The notes under the pieces: generated by a model | What the model was told of the DNA's origin: nothing | Databases searched by the model: none | The model's input: only the letters and a program-made list of their open reading frames with translations | Origin: Vulcanimicrobiota bacterium | GTDB taxonomy: Bacteria; Vulcanimicrobiota; Vulcanimicrobiia; Vulcanimicrobiales; Vulcanimicrobiaceae | Direction of reading: 5' to 3' | Length of the DNA: 27,999 nt | Assembly: GCA_003135555.1 (NCBI GenBank) | Contig: PLCF01000060.1 | Location: 1 to 27,999, forward strand | Shown: positions 27,023 through 27,999 of the stretch, in pieces | How positions within the stretch are numbered: position 1 is the stretch's first letter | Layout of the letters: each line of letters begins with the position of its first letter | Program-made: the position numbers and the translations under genes

Positions 27023-27937
27023 ATGAATCGTAGCCGCTTCGTCGCCGGCACGGCGGCGGCGTTTGCCGTCGTCACCATCGCGCGGCCCGGCGCCGCGGCC
27101 GACCCGGCCGTCTTCCGCTTCCCCGTCGCGGGCGGCTCGCTCGCGTACCGCCGTTTCGGCTCGGGCGGGCCGCTGCACGTGCTGCTCAGCGGCGGCCCCG
27201 GACTGGAGCCGGTCTACCTCGAGCCGGTCGCGGTCGAACTGTCGCGCGAACGGACCATCCTGCTGCTCGACCAGCGCGGCACCGGGCTGTCGCGCGACGC
27301 GGTCGGCGACGGCTCCCAACTCACCGTGGCGGGCGCGGTCGCCGACCTCGACGCGTTGCGCCTGGCTTTGGGGTTCAACAAGCTCTCGCTGATCGGGCAC
27401 TCCTGGGGTGCGATGTTGTCGATGGCGTACGCCGGGGCACACGGCGATCGCGTCGCAGCGCTCGCGCTCCTCGATCCGGGCGGCCCCGATCCGAGCTTCA
27501 ACAAGACCTTCGGAGACATCATCGGTGCGCGCTTGACCGACGCGGACAGAGCCGCGATCGACGCCGCCCAGAAGAGCGGGAAAGGAACGATGCTCGCGGT
27601 CCTGCCCGGCTACTTCCAGGATCACGCGAAGGGCGTCGCCTACGCCGCGGCGATGCCGGAGCACTACGTGAACCCCGACGTCACGCTCGCCATGTTCGGC
27701 GATCTCCGCACGCACTACGACGTCAAGGACACTCTGCGCGACACGCCGATTCCGACGCTGCTCGTATACGGCACCGGCGATCCGGCGCGCGCAGCCGAGG
27801 CTCAGCTCGACGCGTTGTTCCCGCACGCGACGAAGGTGATGGTCGCCGACGCCGGACACTTCCCGTGGGTCGAAAACCCGGCGCCCTTCTATGCGGCGAT
27901 CCGCGCGTTCCTCAAAGGCGCGCCGGCGACGAACTAG
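27023..27937 (+). CDS. Exported alpha/beta hydrolase (proline iminopeptidase-like)
   Basis: GGAGG RBS; signal-like MNRSRFVAG...; GGPG, DQRGTGLS, GHSWG, G.GD and AGHFPWVE motifs. Confidence 0.9.
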   Translation: MNRSRFVAGTAAAFAVVTIARPGAAADPAVFRFPVAGGSLAYRRFGSGGPLHVLLSGGPGLEPVYLEPVAVELSRERTILLLDQRGTGLSRDAVGDGSQLTVAGAVADLDALRLALGFNKLSLIGHSWGAMLSMAYAGAHGDRVAALALLDPGGPDPSFNKTFGDIIGARLTDADRAAIDAAQKSGKGTMLAVLPGYFQDHAKGVAYAAAMPEHYVNPDVTLAMFGDLRTHYDVKDTLRDTPIPTLLVYGTGDPARAAEAQLDALFPHATKVMVADAGHFPWVENPAPFYAAIRAFLKGAPATN

Positions 27938-27999
27938 CCGTCGAGCGCGGCCTTCACCTGCGACGCCAGCGCCGGGGTCATCCCCTTCACCGCGGCGAT
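27934..27999 (-). CDS. C-terminal fragment of a helix-hairpin-helix protein, possibly UvrC
   Basis: Minus frame IAAVKGMTPALASQVKAALDG* resembles the terminal HhH of UvrC; only 21 codons are visible. Confidence 0.45.
   Translation of the reverse strand: MAAVKGMTPALASQVKAALDG

Overview
High-GC bacterial chromosome segment. Housekeeping genes occupy both flanks. On the left are a peptidoglycan-binding protein, an NRAMP-like transporter, ppc, a LOG protein, a beta-CASP MBL hydrolase, a methyltransferase, an NCS2 permease, a GNAT, a CVNH protein and a DUF5069 protein. On the right are pyrD, a Gsp-synthase-like gene with a lipoprotein and a holin-like gene, an alpha/beta hydrolase and a probable uvrC 3' end. 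Between them, an island of about 11.7 kb (about 11394-23145) abuts the 3' CCA end of a minus-strand tmRNA gene (ssrA, tag ANNEYALAA). It is bounded by an 11-bp direct repeat with inverted repeats just inside, and no integrase is recognisable. The island carries a complete type II CBASS operon (Cap4 nuclease-SAVED, CD-NTase, Cap2 E2-E1, Cap3 JAB) with a perfect 22-bp palindrome upstream. It also carries a tandem winged-helix-like protein, a LexA-type box between a 73-aa ORF and a 735-aa Zn-ribbon/PD-(D/E)xK protein, and further nuclease-like orphans. The most unusual item is a pair of tandem ~105-nt structured non-coding units. Each has its own sigma70-type promoter and terminator, and the two show compensatory base changes; I do not recognise them as a known RNA family. 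All calls come from reading motifs by eye; no searches were run.
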